64,000 nt of DNA from Candidatus Iainarchaeum sp. (GCA_017610175.1 JAFCCO010000001.1:86213-150212), one strand, 5' to 3'; counted from the stretch's first letter, positions 17,005-27,262 are shown. Made by a program: numbers and translations. The notes: generated by a model from the sequence alone, not told the origin.

Positions 17005-17913
17005 TTATTTTACGAGGGGCTCAACCTTTCCGTCGTGAATAATAATTGAGTTCTCGCTTTGGGTAACGATTTTTCCGTCCTCTTCCTTTAGAATTGGATG
17101 CGCCTTGATGCACTTTGCTTTCATAAGTTCGCGCATTGCAATTTTTCTCTGGAAGTCGTTGAGCTTCAGGCCATCATCAATCCATCTTTCCGCAAACGGG
17201 AGTGTCTGGAAGTTTTCAAGCACATACTCCAAAACCTTTCTTGCGTGGGAATTCCTAACCTGCTTTGGCTCGTCGATTTCAAAAATTTCAGACTGCTGGG
17301 TCTGCTTTACAAAGCCCTCCCCGTTTGTTGCAAACGGCTCGATTGCATAGGCCCCGTCTTCCAAAACCCGGTCGTCGTTGTTTTCAATGTTTGGGATGCT
17401 TGGAGCTGCGTGGGTAATGTACCTTTGCAGGCCGTGGCCTGTAAGGTTTTGAATCGGGTTGAATCCCTTGCTTTTAATTGCTTTCTCTATTTCCGCTCCA
17501 ATCTTTCCAATTTCCGCACCCGGCTTGGCAATGCTCAAAGCGTTTTCCAGCGCAAGCTCTGACGCCTCAATAAGCTTTGCCCATTCATTGCTTGGGTTAA
17601 TTGTAAAAGAGGCGTCTGCGATGTATCCGTCCACATGAACCCCCATGTCAATCTTCAAAACGTCCTTTTCTTCAAAAACCGTTTCATCGCCTTTTCCAGG
17701 CGCATAGTGGGCTGCGTTCTCGTTCAGGCTCAAGTTTGTTGGGAAAGCAAGCCCTGCTTTTCCCTCAGATGATAGGTCTTTGACTGCTTTTTCAACTTTT
17801 AAAGCAATATCAAGTAGTTTTTTGCCTGGAACGGCTTCTTTTCTCGCTTTTTTCTGCAATTTTCCAAGAATAGAGCCTGCTTTTAGGTATTTTTTCACTT
17901 CTTCCGATTCCAT
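17005..17913 (-). CDS. map: Type II methionine aminopeptidase
   Basis: AFPTNLS.NE.AAHY, KIDMGVHVDGYIAD, NLTGH, AIEPFAT, a type II helical insert and QSE. Confidence 0.95.
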   Translation of the reverse strand: MESEEVKKYLKAGSILGKLQKKARKEAVPGKKLLDIALKVEKAVKDLSSEGKAGLAFPTNLSLNENAAHYAPGKGDETVFEEKDVLKIDMGVHVDGYIADASFTINPSNEWAKLIEASELALENALSIAKPGAEIGKIGAEIEKAIKSKGFNPIQNLTGHGLQRYITHAAPSIPNIENNDDRVLEDGAYAIEPFATNGEGFVKQTQQSEIFEIDEPKQVRNSHARKVLEYVLENFQTLPFAERWIDDGLKLNDFQRKIAMRELMKAKCIKAHPILKEEDGKIVTQSENSIIIHDGKVEPLVK

Positions 17914-17959
17914 TCTGCATTCACCTTTAAAACATCTTTTCCTTGGAAAGGGTTAAAAA

Positions 17960-18712
17960 TCAGCGCTTTGAGGAAGCTACTGCAAGCACTATAAGTGCCA
18001 GGGCAACGACCGCAATTAGGTTAATTTCGGGAATTGCAAACAGTGATGACCTTACTTGTGCAACAATAAATGAGGTTGTTTTTACGTTTCCAACCGGTGT
18101 ATCTGCACAGCCTGTTTCCGAGAATGAAACCCCGCTAATTTGGGCGCTTGTGTCATACCTTCCCTCTGTGTTAAGCACTTCGCTTGTGCATGCAAAGCTT
18201 GCCGAACTGTTTGCAAGAATTGTATTCGGGCCTGCCGGTGCCGGGCAGTTAAAGGTGGTAAATCCATCCTGGAAAATTATTCTAAAGTCAATTGTAAAGT
18301 CTGTGACGTCGCAGCTGTTGTCGTTTTGAATTGTTGCAATAAGGGTTGTGGTGGTTCCCGGCTCAACCAAAGCAGGGCTTGCCCTTAATTCGTCTATTAC
18401 AACGTCGTTTGCCCCGCTGTCCCCCAAAAATCCTGCAAGGAACTTGAACATTAGTTCGCTCTGCGAATCCCCTGTTGGTGTGTCGCCCGCCGGAAGCGGG
18501 TCGGGGGATGGTTTCAATCCTATGTCTATTAGCATTCCAGCCCTTCCTGCGGTTTGGTAGGATGTTGGGGTTGCCCCTGTTCCGACATCAATCGCGTAAT
18601 AGAAACTTGTCCCTTCCGTCATTCCAATTGTTGTTGGGTCGTCAATTGCGGCACTTGCTCCGCTGCAAATTAGGGTTAAGAAAAGAGCCAGGGTGGTGAG
18701 TTTTTTTATCAC
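17960..18712 (-). CDS. Secreted CARDB/Ig-like protein with a C-terminal PEF-CTERM-like anchor
   Basis: Signal peptide (VIKKLTTLALFLTLICSGASA, GTG about 18712), a CARDB-like beta sandwich, and C-terminal IPEINLIAVVALALIVLAVASSKR. Confidence 0.65.
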   Translation of the reverse strand: MIKKLTTLALFLTLICSGASAAIDDPTTIGMTEGTSFYYAIDVGTGATPTSYQTAGRAGMLIDIGLKPSPDPLPAGDTPTGDSQSELMFKFLAGFLGDSGANDVVIDELRASPALVEPGTTTTLIATIQNDNSCDVTDFTIDFRIIFQDGFTTFNCPAPAGPNTILANSSASFACTSEVLNTEGRYDTSAQISGVSFSETGCADTPVGNVKTTSFIVAQVRSSLFAIPEINLIAVVALALIVLAVASSKR

Positions 18713-18722
18713 TTGATTCCCC

Positions 18723-21700
18723 CTATGGGTAGAACGAAACATTTATTGTTTCGTTCGCTCCTGCCGGATCAATTGTGACTTGCGCGATGTACTGTGCTCC
18801 CGGGACAAGCAGGCAACCTGAAAGGGAATAATTTAGTATTCCATCGCTTATTGTTGTTGTTATTGGGTTTGATGCACAGCTTCCTCCCGGCGTGATGTCA
18901 ATGAATATTTCTGCGGTGCTGTTTATTGGCTGTTTTGTTGCCTTGTCAAGAATGAACGCTCCGATTGCAATTGTTGTTGGAACCGCTGTGCCACCTCCTG
19001 GGCCTCCGCCTCCGAAGTTCTGGAATACGGAGTTGCTGCACTGTACAACTGGCGAACTGCTTGAGGCAACCACGTTAAATACCTGTGATGCCGTTCCGGA
19101 GTCTATGTAACTGCAGGTTCCTGTTGCCTGCAGGCTGTTGACCGTTGCGGTTGTGCTTGTTCCGTTCCCGCAGTTTATGTTAACAGTTGTTCCGTTTGGA
19201 ACGGCGCCAACAAAGTCAGCGGTTATTGTTGAATTGAATGCTGTTGAGTCGTGTGTTGCAGGGTTTGGTGTCAGGCTGCAGCTTATTGAGCCAGGAGCCC
19301 CACAACTGTGCTGCGACCACGCCAGTGCGGTTGTCATGTTAATCTTTCCCGGGTCGCTTGCCGAGCCTGTGATAAGGGTTCCTGCGTTTGAGAATGTTTC
19401 AAACGTTCCGGTGACCTCCAGTTGGCAGGTTTCAAGTGTTAGCGCCTGTCCTGTGTTTTCAATTTTGGTGTCTTTGAATATTGCAGGGTGGCTTGAGTCC
19501 CCCTTATTTGCCACTGAGAGCGGCTCGTCCCAGTTTGCCTCTATGGATTCGCTGTTTTTCATTCCCTCGATGTAAATGCCGTAGCTTTGGCTTACCGGGT
19601 TCACAACCTCTATTTTTATCAGGCTGTTTGTCGGGTCGTCAATTGTTTCATTGTCATTTAACCTTATCCTGCTGTTGACCATTTTCAGGTAATCCTGAAT
19701 TATTATGTTTCCCCTGGTAAGTATTTGGCTGTCTGCCATTTCAAGCGCGCCTGCGTGAATCCATCTTATGTCATTGCCGTGGTTGCCGCCCCAGCTGTTT
19801 GTCAGGTCTGCGTTGGTAAGGCTCATTAGGCCTGATATTTCTATTGCCCCGTATTTGCTTGGGTCGGAGTTTGTTGAATTGTATGTAAGGTCATGGAACT
19901 GTGCATTGTTTACAAAGAATTCGTTTGCATAAATTCCCACCCATGCATTGTCATGTATAAGGTCGTCTGTGATTGCCGTTCCTGTGAATGTAATGCGCCC
20001 GTTTATTGCCCTTAGCGGACCCCACAGTGTTCTAAGCTCTGATCGCGTGAATGTGATGTCTCCGAGTGCGCTTTCAACGCTTGTAATGTATCCGGTTGTC
20101 CCGTCTACCAATACGTCTTCAAACAAAATGTCTCCGCTTGCGTAAATCCTGCCGTTTGAAATTGCCCAGAGTGAATGCCTTCTCCCTGTTTCTGCGCCCC
20201 TTTTGACTGTAAGGTTTCCGTTCATTACTTCAATGTCTTTTGAGTAGTATGTTGCGTAGTTTGAGGGGTATCGTCCTACAATCAATGCGTTTCCGTTTGA
20301 AAGGCGAATTGGCGCCGGCTTGTTGAAATGGATTTCCGAAGTGTCCATGGTCCATGAATCCGTTCCTGCAACACCGTCAATAAAAATTCCCGCTCCCGCC
20401 GCGTTTAAGTGGTTGGAGTTTGAAATCAATGCGGCATTGCTTAGGTTGAATTTTCCGCCGTTTGTGGTTTCTATTTTTTCAAAGTACATTGTGGACTGGC
20501 CGTTGCTTGGGCCTTTTCCACTTATTGAAATGTCTCCTGAAGCGTTTAGCTTGCAGTGCTGGTCTCCATTGCAGTAAAGGTTTGAGTTTGTCATATTGAC
20601 CTGGTTTGCTGCAAAGCTTGCTTTCCCGTGAATTTCTGTTGTTGTAAGGTTCATTGCCCCTCCAACATCAACAAGGCCGTCGACATAATAGATTCTCTTG
20701 TTTTGCAGGGTAAGGTCTCCGCCAACTGTTATATTGTTGAATCTGGAGTTTGCCACAATTCCTGCATCCGACTGGTAGGTGGGGCCTGTGATTTCAAAGT
20801 TTCCGCCAACTATTATATCTCCGTTTCTGAAGTCATTTAGCCTGGAGTATCTTCCAAGAATTTTGAAGTCGTTTGAAACGTCAATGTTTCCGTTTCGCAT
20901 GTTAATTATTTGGGTCCATGCATTTGGCCCTGTGTTGTTGAGTGTGAGGTTTCTTGCCTTTATTCCGGTTATCCATTCGTCCGCCCCATAAAGGTATGCG
21001 TCACCTGTGCTTTCCTGCTTGAGTTCAATGTCTCCCCTTATTCCGCCTGCATCTGCGTTCACCGGACCGCTTATGTGGTAAATGTACGCTTCTCCACTGG
21101 ATTTTGTGTGAAGCGTGATGTTTCTTGCGGTAATCCCATCGATGTATGCTCCCGATTCTCCCCGCATGTACACTGTTCCGGTGTTTTCTGCCAGAAGCTC
21201 GATGGTTCCAGCGACATTTATTGCCCCGCTTATGTTGTGGATGTTTGCCTGGTGGTTTCCTATGGACCAGAGCTTTAGGTTGTTTGCGGTAATTCCCGTA
21301 ATTCTGCTGTCGCCCCTTACATATGCGTGGTGCGGCCCGCCTTTGACCAGAATGTCACCGCTTATTTCCATTGGGCCTGCAAGGTAGTAAATGTATGTGT
21401 CGCCGTTTGCCGGTGCTGTTGCCGAATCAATTGTAAAATTTCCGTTGTTTGTTGTTTTGATGTGGCCGTTTATTCGGTTGTCCGGGATGTATGACCCGTT
21501 TTTGATTGTAATATCTCCTGCAACATCCATGTCGCCGCGCAGCCTGAGAATTGATGTTCTGCCTGCCATGGTGCTTTCCATTGTGAACGAGCCTGCTTTG
21601 ATATATTTTATATCATCCAAAACTGCTCCGTTAAGAACCTTAAGGTCTCCTTGAATATCAATTTCACACTGTTGGGCTGCGGTTGCTTGGCAGCGCAAGT

Positions 21701-22223
21701 CTGCTTGGTGGTTTACTCCGCGGGAATCAATTGTAATGTTGGTAACGGTTTCCTTGCCGCCTTCAGGCACAAATTTTAATCTGTTGTTTGAACCGCCCCA
21801 ATCAGCGCGAAGATAGGTTTGGTCACTTCTTGTGCTGAATTTTTCAACAGAAAGGTTCCATTCAATTCCTGAGCCAATTGCCGGCCCGATAAAATTTACA
21901 ACATTGTTTGTTGCTGTTTCCACATTTGGGGAGAGGTTTGACGCTGCGCCCTTTGCAGTGTCGTCAGTAATATACCAGTCAACCTTTGTGACTCCGCCAA
22001 GCGGGGCAGTGCTCCAGAAACTGTCAATGTCTGTCTGGGTAATTCTTGTTGCGGCAGTGTTCCTATTGTTGATTACAACACATTCAAGTGTTGCTCCGCC
22101 GTCCTTTGTGTTGCACAAATCACAGAATGTTCCCCAGCAGCTTGCGTTTGCTGACTGGAAAAAAGCAAGAATTAAAAGCAAGGTAAACAAGTACTGAAAC
22201 TTCATCAAAACACTCTTTGGCAT
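18723..22223 (-). CDS. Large secreted surface protein, probable beta-helix adhesin
   Basis: 1166 aa with a signal peptide, Gly/Asn/Thr/Ile-rich short beta repeats (e.g. IxGIxAxNLxL, GDIxL) and Cys-paired C-terminal Ig-like domains. Confidence 0.75.
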   Translation of the reverse strand: MPKSVLMKFQYLFTLLLILAFFQSANASCWGTFCDLCNTKDGGATLECVVINNRNTAATRITQTDIDSFWSTAPLGGVTKVDWYITDDTAKGAASNLSPNVETATNNVVNFIGPAIGSGIEWNLSVEKFSTRSDQTYLRADWGGSNNRLKFVPEGGKETVTNITIDSRGVNHQADLRCQATAAQQCEIDIQGDLKVLNGAVLDDIKYIKAGSFTMESTMAGRTSILRLRGDMDVAGDITIKNGSYIPDNRINGHIKTTNNGNFTIDSATAPANGDTYIYYLAGPMEISGDILVKGGPHHAYVRGDSRITGITANNLKLWSIGNHQANIHNISGAINVAGTIELLAENTGTVYMRGESGAYIDGITARNITLHTKSSGEAYIYHISGPVNADAGGIRGDIELKQESTGDAYLYGADEWITGIKARNLTLNNTGPNAWTQIINMRNGNIDVSNDFKILGRYSRLNDFRNGDIIVGGNFEITGPTYQSDAGIVANSRFNNITVGGDLTLQNKRIYYVDGLVDVGGAMNLTTTEIHGKASFAANQVNMTNSNLYCNGDQHCKLNASGDISISGKGPSNGQSTMYFEKIETTNGGKFNLSNAALISNSNHLNAAGAGIFIDGVAGTDSWTMDTSEIHFNKPAPIRLSNGNALIVGRYPSNYATYYSKDIEVMNGNLTVKRGAETGRRHSLWAISNGRIYASGDILFEDVLVDGTTGYITSVESALGDITFTRSELRTLWGPLRAINGRITFTGTAITDDLIHDNAWVGIYANEFFVNNAQFHDLTYNSTNSDPSKYGAIEISGLMSLTNADLTNSWGGNHGNDIRWIHAGALEMADSQILTRGNIIIQDYLKMVNSRIRLNDNETIDDPTNSLIKIEVVNPVSQSYGIYIEGMKNSESIEANWDEPLSVANKGDSSHPAIFKDTKIENTGQALTLETCQLEVTGTFETFSNAGTLITGSASDPGKINMTTALAWSQHSCGAPGSISCSLTPNPATHDSTAFNSTITADFVGAVPNGTTVNINCGNGTSTTATVNSLQATGTCSYIDSGTASQVFNVVASSSSPVVQCSNSVFQNFGGGGPGGGTAVPTTIAIGAFILDKATKQPINSTAEIFIDITPGGSCASNPITTTISDGILNYSLSGCLLVPGAQYIAQVTIDPAGANETINVSFYP

Positions 22224-22359
22224 TTATTACTGTAACCTATATTCTTCACAGCTTTCTACTATTTAAACATTATCACCGTCGTCTGGTTGGTTTCCATTGC
22301 GGGCTTAAGTATAAATACAACCTTCGCAGTTTAATATTCAGGATTTTCTGGTGATTTGA

Positions 22360-22740
22360 ATGTTTGAAGATTATGATGTTTCAAAAATTGTTCTTGTAAT
22401 AGTTGCGGTTTTTGCAATTGTTGCAATTGCATTTTTTGTTTTGTCCCCGCAGCCGGAGCCTTTGCCTCCTGCGGGAAACGGTGGCACACTTCCCCCTGCG
22501 GAACCTCCGGTAGAACCTCCAATTGAACCGCCAGTTGAGCCCCCGGTAGAACCGCCGGTGGAGCCGCCTGTTGAACCTGCTGCTGAAACACAACTCGATG
22601 TCAACGGACCGGGCGAGGCTGCTGCTCCCGTCGAACCTGTAATGGGTGATTCGGATGAATTCCTCCCTGACTTTGAGGTTGAGGACTTCCAGGATACGCC
22701 AGAGGACGCTCCTCCTGCAGGCGAAGAATCAATAGATTAA
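22360..22740 (+). CDS. Membrane-anchored Pro/Glu-rich low-complexity protein
   Basis: N-terminal TM, (PPVE)-type repeats about 7 times, and an acidic tail. Confidence 0.7.
   Translation: MFEDYDVSKIVLVIVAVFAIVAIAFFVLSPQPEPLPPAGNGGTLPPAEPPVEPPIEPPVEPPVEPPVEPPVEPAAETQLDVNGPGEAAAPVEPVMGDSDEFLPDFEVEDFQDTPEDAPPAGEESID
22492..22578 (+). repeat. 12-bp tandem repeats encoding PP(A/V/I)E
   Basis: PPAE PPVE PPIE PPVE PPVE PPVE PPVE P, with synonymous variation. Confidence 0.75.
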
Positions 22741-22744
22741 GTGC

Positions 22745-25138
22745 CTAGCCAAACGCGCCAAGCTTTGACTGCTTTCCACCCTGAATTAAGTCTTCCTTGC
22801 TGTAGCCTAGTTCACGCATTATTTTGATTACTGCCGGAATTACCTGGTGCGAAATGTAATAGTCTGAGTCGTAATTCCCTTCCTCAACATACTCTTCAAG
22901 CATGGCTTTGTCACTGATGCTTTTTCCACGCTTTGTGATTACATAGCTTATTACGCTTCCGGTTCCAAGTTCCTTTCCGCGCTGCACGGCTTTCTGTGCT
23001 GCCGCAACATGCGGCCCTATTGAATCGTATTTGTTAAGCGGTCTTTTCAGTATTGTCAAAACAACGAGTTCGCGTTTTGGGGTTTTTCCTCCCTTAAGAT
23101 TCTTGATTGCATCCCTTACAATTTCCACTGCCTTGTCGGGATTTCCCTCCTCAAGGATTGCGGTAATTACGTTTCGCTGCGTTTCCTTTGCAATGTTTGA
23201 CCAGTCGCGTCTCACATATTCAAAGCCGACAATTTTCAGGTTGTTCTGCCTGTCGATTAGCGCGTACTTTTTCTTTGCGCCCTCTCCCGATTCCTTGGTT
23301 ACAAAAATTCCCCTCTTGAAAAATCCCTCAAGCTCAAGGTTCATTACCCCCGGAAGGGATGCATTAATTTCTTCAACAAATTTCTTAACGTCCTCGTCGC
23401 TTTTGCCTTCCGGGATTTGCAGAAACGCGCTGTCTGTATCCCCATATAGCGCGTTGAAGCCGGACTTTTCCGCCTTGTCAATTACTCCCTTAACATACTG
23501 CCTGCTCCAGGCGGTTACCGCTGACGCGCACTCCCTTGAAAACCACCGGCTTCTAGCATAGCCAAGATAGCCGTAAAATGAGTTCATTAAAATCTTGAGG
23601 GCCTGCTGCCTTGCGTTGAGCAAAAGAGCGCCTTCCCCCTGCTTTCCAATTTCCTTGAGCTTCTTTTTGAGGTCCATTCTTGTTTCAAAAAGGTTTTTTA
23701 AAATTCCCGACAGAAAGCCTTCCTCTTTTGTGCAGAACTGCTGGTTGTTTGGCGAAACGTTTTCCCTGCATTCCCTGTGCCCGCAGTTTAAGTTTTCAGG
23801 GCTTATGTTGTGGGAAATCATTATGCTTGGGTGAAGCGATGAAAAGTCCAGAACCGCAAGGTTTTCGTGAAGCCCTGGGGTTGGTTCTTTTACGTAGCCC
23901 CCCACAAAGCTTTGCATTATGCGCTGGCTTGTTTCCTCGTCGGTTGGTCTGTTTGGAACAACCTTCCCCTCAAGAAAAGCCTTGTTCATCAGCAGGTATT
24001 CAATGAGGAGCGAGGCGCTGCTTCTGCTTGTTTCGAAAAGTGTCTGCTTAACAAGCTTGGAGAGCTCCATGATTAGGGGGGCGTACTGCATTGCAATTTT
24101 GAGCGTAACGCTTGAGTCTGCAATGCAGTATTCGGCAAGCCTTTCAAGCCCTTCTCCTTTCTCCCAAATTTCGTTAATTTCCTCGGCCCTGATTTTTTCC
24201 TTTTCATTCCCGAAAAGTGAGAACGCAACTGACTCCAGGTCAAACTTTATCAGGTTCACAACCCCGAACCGGTTCAGGAAGCGAAGCATTTGGTATACAT
24301 CCAGGTGCTGCATTCCGTGCAGCCTTACATGGGTATCGCGCCCTCCCTTCTTTACCGAGAAGGATTCGTTGGCAGGGTAAAACTTTGGCTTGATTCCCAG
24401 CGTCTTGCACCGCTCTTTTATGTAGGGCAGGTCAAAGCGGTCTCCGTTGTATGTGGCCAGCACATCAATTTTTTCCTGTGCAAGCAGTTTGAAAAACGCG
24501 CGAAGCGTTTTTTCCTCGCTTTCAAAAACCTCAACATTCTTTGCGCCCTGCAGCTTGCCGTTGTAGGTAAGGAGCTTCTCCCCTTTTGCCGAAACAAACG
24601 AAATCATTAGGACCGGGTCGCGCTTTGCGTCGCTGAATCTTCCGGGGGAAAGTGTTTCAATGTCGAACGCCGCAAAGTTAAATTCTTCGCCCTGCACTTT
24701 TGCTGCCTTAACTTCCTTAATTTCGTCCCCTTCAACCGCAAGCTCAATTCCAAAGGTTGGCTCAAGCTGCTTGTCAATTAAGTAGCGTTTTGAAAATGGA
24801 ACGTCGTATTCAAATGCCGCAAAAACAGTCGGGAGCGAACGGATTTCCTTTCTTGCATCCTTCAATTCTGAAACGTTTTTGAATTCAACTTTCAAAAGGT
24901 CGTTCTTTGCTTCGCTTACCCTGAATGCTTTTGAGCCCTCCCCGAAAACCGCCTTGCTTATTTCTGCAGCTGCCTTTTTTGGGTCCTCCGCCTTTACATG
25001 GAAATAGGGATAGAATGAGGGGTCGTGAAAGATAAGGACTTTGCCCCCTGACTTGACAAAAAGCCTTATTACCGAGCCATTTACCTTTTCTTCATAGTCT
25101 GCATCTAATAAAAGCCCTTTTACTCTCTTTTCTTCCAT
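22745..25138 (-). CDS. polB: Family B DNA polymerase (archaeal PolB), no intein
   Basis: Exo I FDIET, Exo II YNGDRFD, Exo III YCIADS. Motif A DFSSLHPS, motif B KILMNSFYGY, motif C YGDTDS. Confidence 0.97.
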   Translation of the reverse strand: MEEKRVKGLLLDADYEEKVNGSVIRLFVKSGGKVLIFHDPSFYPYFHVKAEDPKKAAAEISKAVFGEGSKAFRVSEAKNDLLKVEFKNVSELKDARKEIRSLPTVFAAFEYDVPFSKRYLIDKQLEPTFGIELAVEGDEIKEVKAAKVQGEEFNFAAFDIETLSPGRFSDAKRDPVLMISFVSAKGEKLLTYNGKLQGAKNVEVFESEEKTLRAFFKLLAQEKIDVLATYNGDRFDLPYIKERCKTLGIKPKFYPANESFSVKKGGRDTHVRLHGMQHLDVYQMLRFLNRFGVVNLIKFDLESVAFSLFGNEKEKIRAEEINEIWEKGEGLERLAEYCIADSSVTLKIAMQYAPLIMELSKLVKQTLFETSRSSASLLIEYLLMNKAFLEGKVVPNRPTDEETSQRIMQSFVGGYVKEPTPGLHENLAVLDFSSLHPSIMISHNISPENLNCGHRECRENVSPNNQQFCTKEEGFLSGILKNLFETRMDLKKKLKEIGKQGEGALLLNARQQALKILMNSFYGYLGYARSRWFSRECASAVTAWSRQYVKGVIDKAEKSGFNALYGDTDSAFLQIPEGKSDEDVKKFVEEINASLPGVMNLELEGFFKRGIFVTKESGEGAKKKYALIDRQNNLKIVGFEYVRRDWSNIAKETQRNVITAILEEGNPDKAVEIVRDAIKNLKGGKTPKRELVVLTILKRPLNKYDSIGPHVAAAQKAVQRGKELGTGSVISYVITKRGKSISDKAMLEEYVEEGNYDSDYYISHQVIPAVIKIMRELGYSKEDLIQGGKQSKLGAFG

Positions 25139-25211
25139 ACGTAATATTTTTAAGCAGCAATAGTTATTTATAATTAGATTCCAGAAACCAAAAGTAGGAA
25201 GTTAATTTTTT

Positions 25212-25670
25212 ATGCCCAGAAACAGGCCACAGAGGAAAGCAATTCCAAAGAAGGCAGCATCTGTCATTGCCGGATTCAGGCAGGACATTCACTCCCTTAA
25301 CAGCAGTGTTCTTATAATCGGCCAGAAAATGAAGTATCTTGTAAGGAACGAAAAAATCCTTGGAAGAAACCTGATTGTTCTCAACAAAAAACACAAGGCC
25401 TTTGAGGCCAAAATTGTTTCGGGTGAAATCGGCGGGAAGGCAGGAACCTCTGAAATGTCCGCCGAGGTTGAGGCCCGCGTTAAGGATCTTGAAAGGAAAA
25501 ACATTGAGCTTCAGGCACAGCTTGATTCATTCAAGCAGGGCCTTGCTTCGCAGGAACAGCTTCAGGAATTAAAGTATGTTATTGACAGCATTAACCCTTT
25601 GGAGCTTGCAACTCTTGAGCAGGTAAAGGAATTGATTGCGGAAAAGAAGGGCAAAAGGAAACAGGCCTAA
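25212..25670 (+). CDS. Coiled-coil hypothetical protein
   Basis: 152 aa with heptad-like segments (VEARVKDLERKNIELQAQL). Confidence 0.7.
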   Translation: MPRNRPQRKAIPKKAASVIAGFRQDIHSLNSSVLIIGQKMKYLVRNEKILGRNLIVLNKKHKAFEAKIVSGEIGGKAGTSEMSAEVEARVKDLERKNIELQAQLDSFKQGLASQEQLQELKYVIDSINPLELATLEQVKELIAEKKGKRKQA

Positions 25671-27193
25671 CGGGTTTCAACAAGTTCAGTGCAGGCACTC
25701 AACCCGGGCCTTAAGAGCACGCGGTAATTCTTTCTTCCCTTAAGCTGCACGCCAACATCGTTTCCCTGAACGATTTTCACCTTTGCCTTTGCCGCGTCAA
25801 GCATGCCGGGCTGCAAATCAATTTCGTGCGCAACAGAAACGGCATTTCCCACACCATACTGCTGCATTTCATTTAAGTCCTGAATAATTGTTTTTGCAAG
25901 CTCGCTGTTTTCGTTCCTTCCAATAATGCTTTCCACCTGCGGGATAATAATCATGCTTCTGAGTTGCGCACTTGGGCCCTGTTTTTTGTAGTGCTCAAGC
26001 AGGCCGTGAATAATGCAGTGAAGCATTATTAGCGAGACCCTTTTGTCATGCCCCCCCATATTTACTATTCCTGCCCTGCCCAATCCGTGCAGCCAGCTTT
26101 TGCTGATTTCAGCAATGTTGTTTTCGCCGTCAAAAAGTTCGGGATACCTTAAATCCATTAGCTTTAGGATGCGTGCGGCGCGGCTTCTTTGGAATTCATT
26201 GAATTCCCCCCTTGTCTGCCTTGCCTTTACAATTCCGGAAACTTCTGCAAGGCTTGCAACCCTGTTTTCGTCAAGCACCTGCATTATTTCCTTTCCGGCA
26301 ATTGTTTCATCCAGTCCAAACAATTCAAGCAACCCCTTTCTGTTCACACTTCCAAGGTCAACGCGCAGCTGCTGGGGGATAAAAAATTCTTTTGTCGGAA
26401 AGCCGATTGGCTCAATATCAACCTTGTAACTTTTCAAATCATCGCTTGCGGTTGTTCTCACACCCAACCCCTTAAAGCGCTTGTTCCAGTCAATCACAAC
26501 CGCCGGAATGTTTGACAAAAGTGCGCCTTCAATAAGCAGGTGCAGCATGTGTGCACGGGCTTCTTTGCGTCCTCCTGAAACAACTGTTGATGAAAAAAGT
26601 GAAAGCGGCTCCTTTACCCCCATCTGCTCCCTTGTTATCCCAAGCATTAATTCCCCAAAGCTTATTGCTTTTCCAGCAGGCGCCGCTGCGGCAAAGCCTG
26701 ACGGGATATGTGATGATGTTGAGAGGAGGGGCACAATCAGCGGCTGTGAGAAAAATGCCTGCTTTATTTGCTCGGGCGCCTGCTCAAGCTCCTGCAGCTG
26801 CAAATCATATGCCTTGCTTACGGCACTTATGGTTTTCACACTTGACCTGAGATTTTTGATGTTTGCCTCAACCTCTGCCGCAAACTTTTCTTCATCGTAT
26901 TCCACATAGCTTGGTTTTGAACCAAGAATAAAGAACCTGGTTGTTTCCTTTTCATCGTGCTTTGTTATTGTAATAACTTCGCGGGGAAGGGTTTCAACAA
27001 ACCCCTCCAGTTCCCCGACAGCGTGGAATACCTTGTAAACCTCCACAACCGAGCCCTTTACTTTTCCGCCCTCTTTTTCAAGAATGGACACAAGGATTAT
27101 GGATTCAGGGTTTGAGTATATTTCAACGTCGTATCCCTCGAAATTCCCTTTGAACATCTCCTTCCAGGGGCCGTCTTTTAAGCGGAAATCCAT
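25667..27193 (-). CDS. HerA/VirB4/FtsK-like P-loop protein with degenerate Walker motifs
   Basis: TVVSGGRKEAR (Walker A position), LLIEGALLSNIPAVVIDW, LRSMIIIPQVESI (Walker B position) and EMQQYGVGNAVSVAH (R-finger/GRKYG position). Order and spacing match HerA-family ATPases. Confidence 0.6.
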   Translation of the reverse strand: MDFRLKDGPWKEMFKGNFEGYDVEIYSNPESIILVSILEKEGGKVKGSVVEVYKVFHAVGELEGFVETLPREVITITKHDEKETTRFFILGSKPSYVEYDEEKFAAEVEANIKNLRSSVKTISAVSKAYDLQLQELEQAPEQIKQAFFSQPLIVPLLSTSSHIPSGFAAAAPAGKAISFGELMLGITREQMGVKEPLSLFSSTVVSGGRKEARAHMLHLLIEGALLSNIPAVVIDWNKRFKGLGVRTTASDDLKSYKVDIEPIGFPTKEFFIPQQLRVDLGSVNRKGLLELFGLDETIAGKEIMQVLDENRVASLAEVSGIVKARQTRGEFNEFQRSRAARILKLMDLRYPELFDGENNIAEISKSWLHGLGRAGIVNMGGHDKRVSLIMLHCIIHGLLEHYKKQGPSAQLRSMIIIPQVESIIGRNENSELAKTIIQDLNEMQQYGVGNAVSVAHEIDLQPGMLDAAKAKVKIVQGNDVGVQLKGRKNYRVLLRPGLSACTELVETR

Positions 27194-27262
27194 AGTAATC
27201 AGTTAATCATTAACGAGAACTTATTTATATAGGTAATTATTATATAGATAAGTAAAATATAA

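Noticed and set aside
22492-22578. Short tandem repeats as a possible CRISPR array
   Set aside because: The 12-bp period has no spacers and varies synonymously within a coding frame. No cas genes are present.
22745-25138. Intein or split gene in polB
   Set aside because: It is 797 aa with contiguous motifs and no intein signatures.
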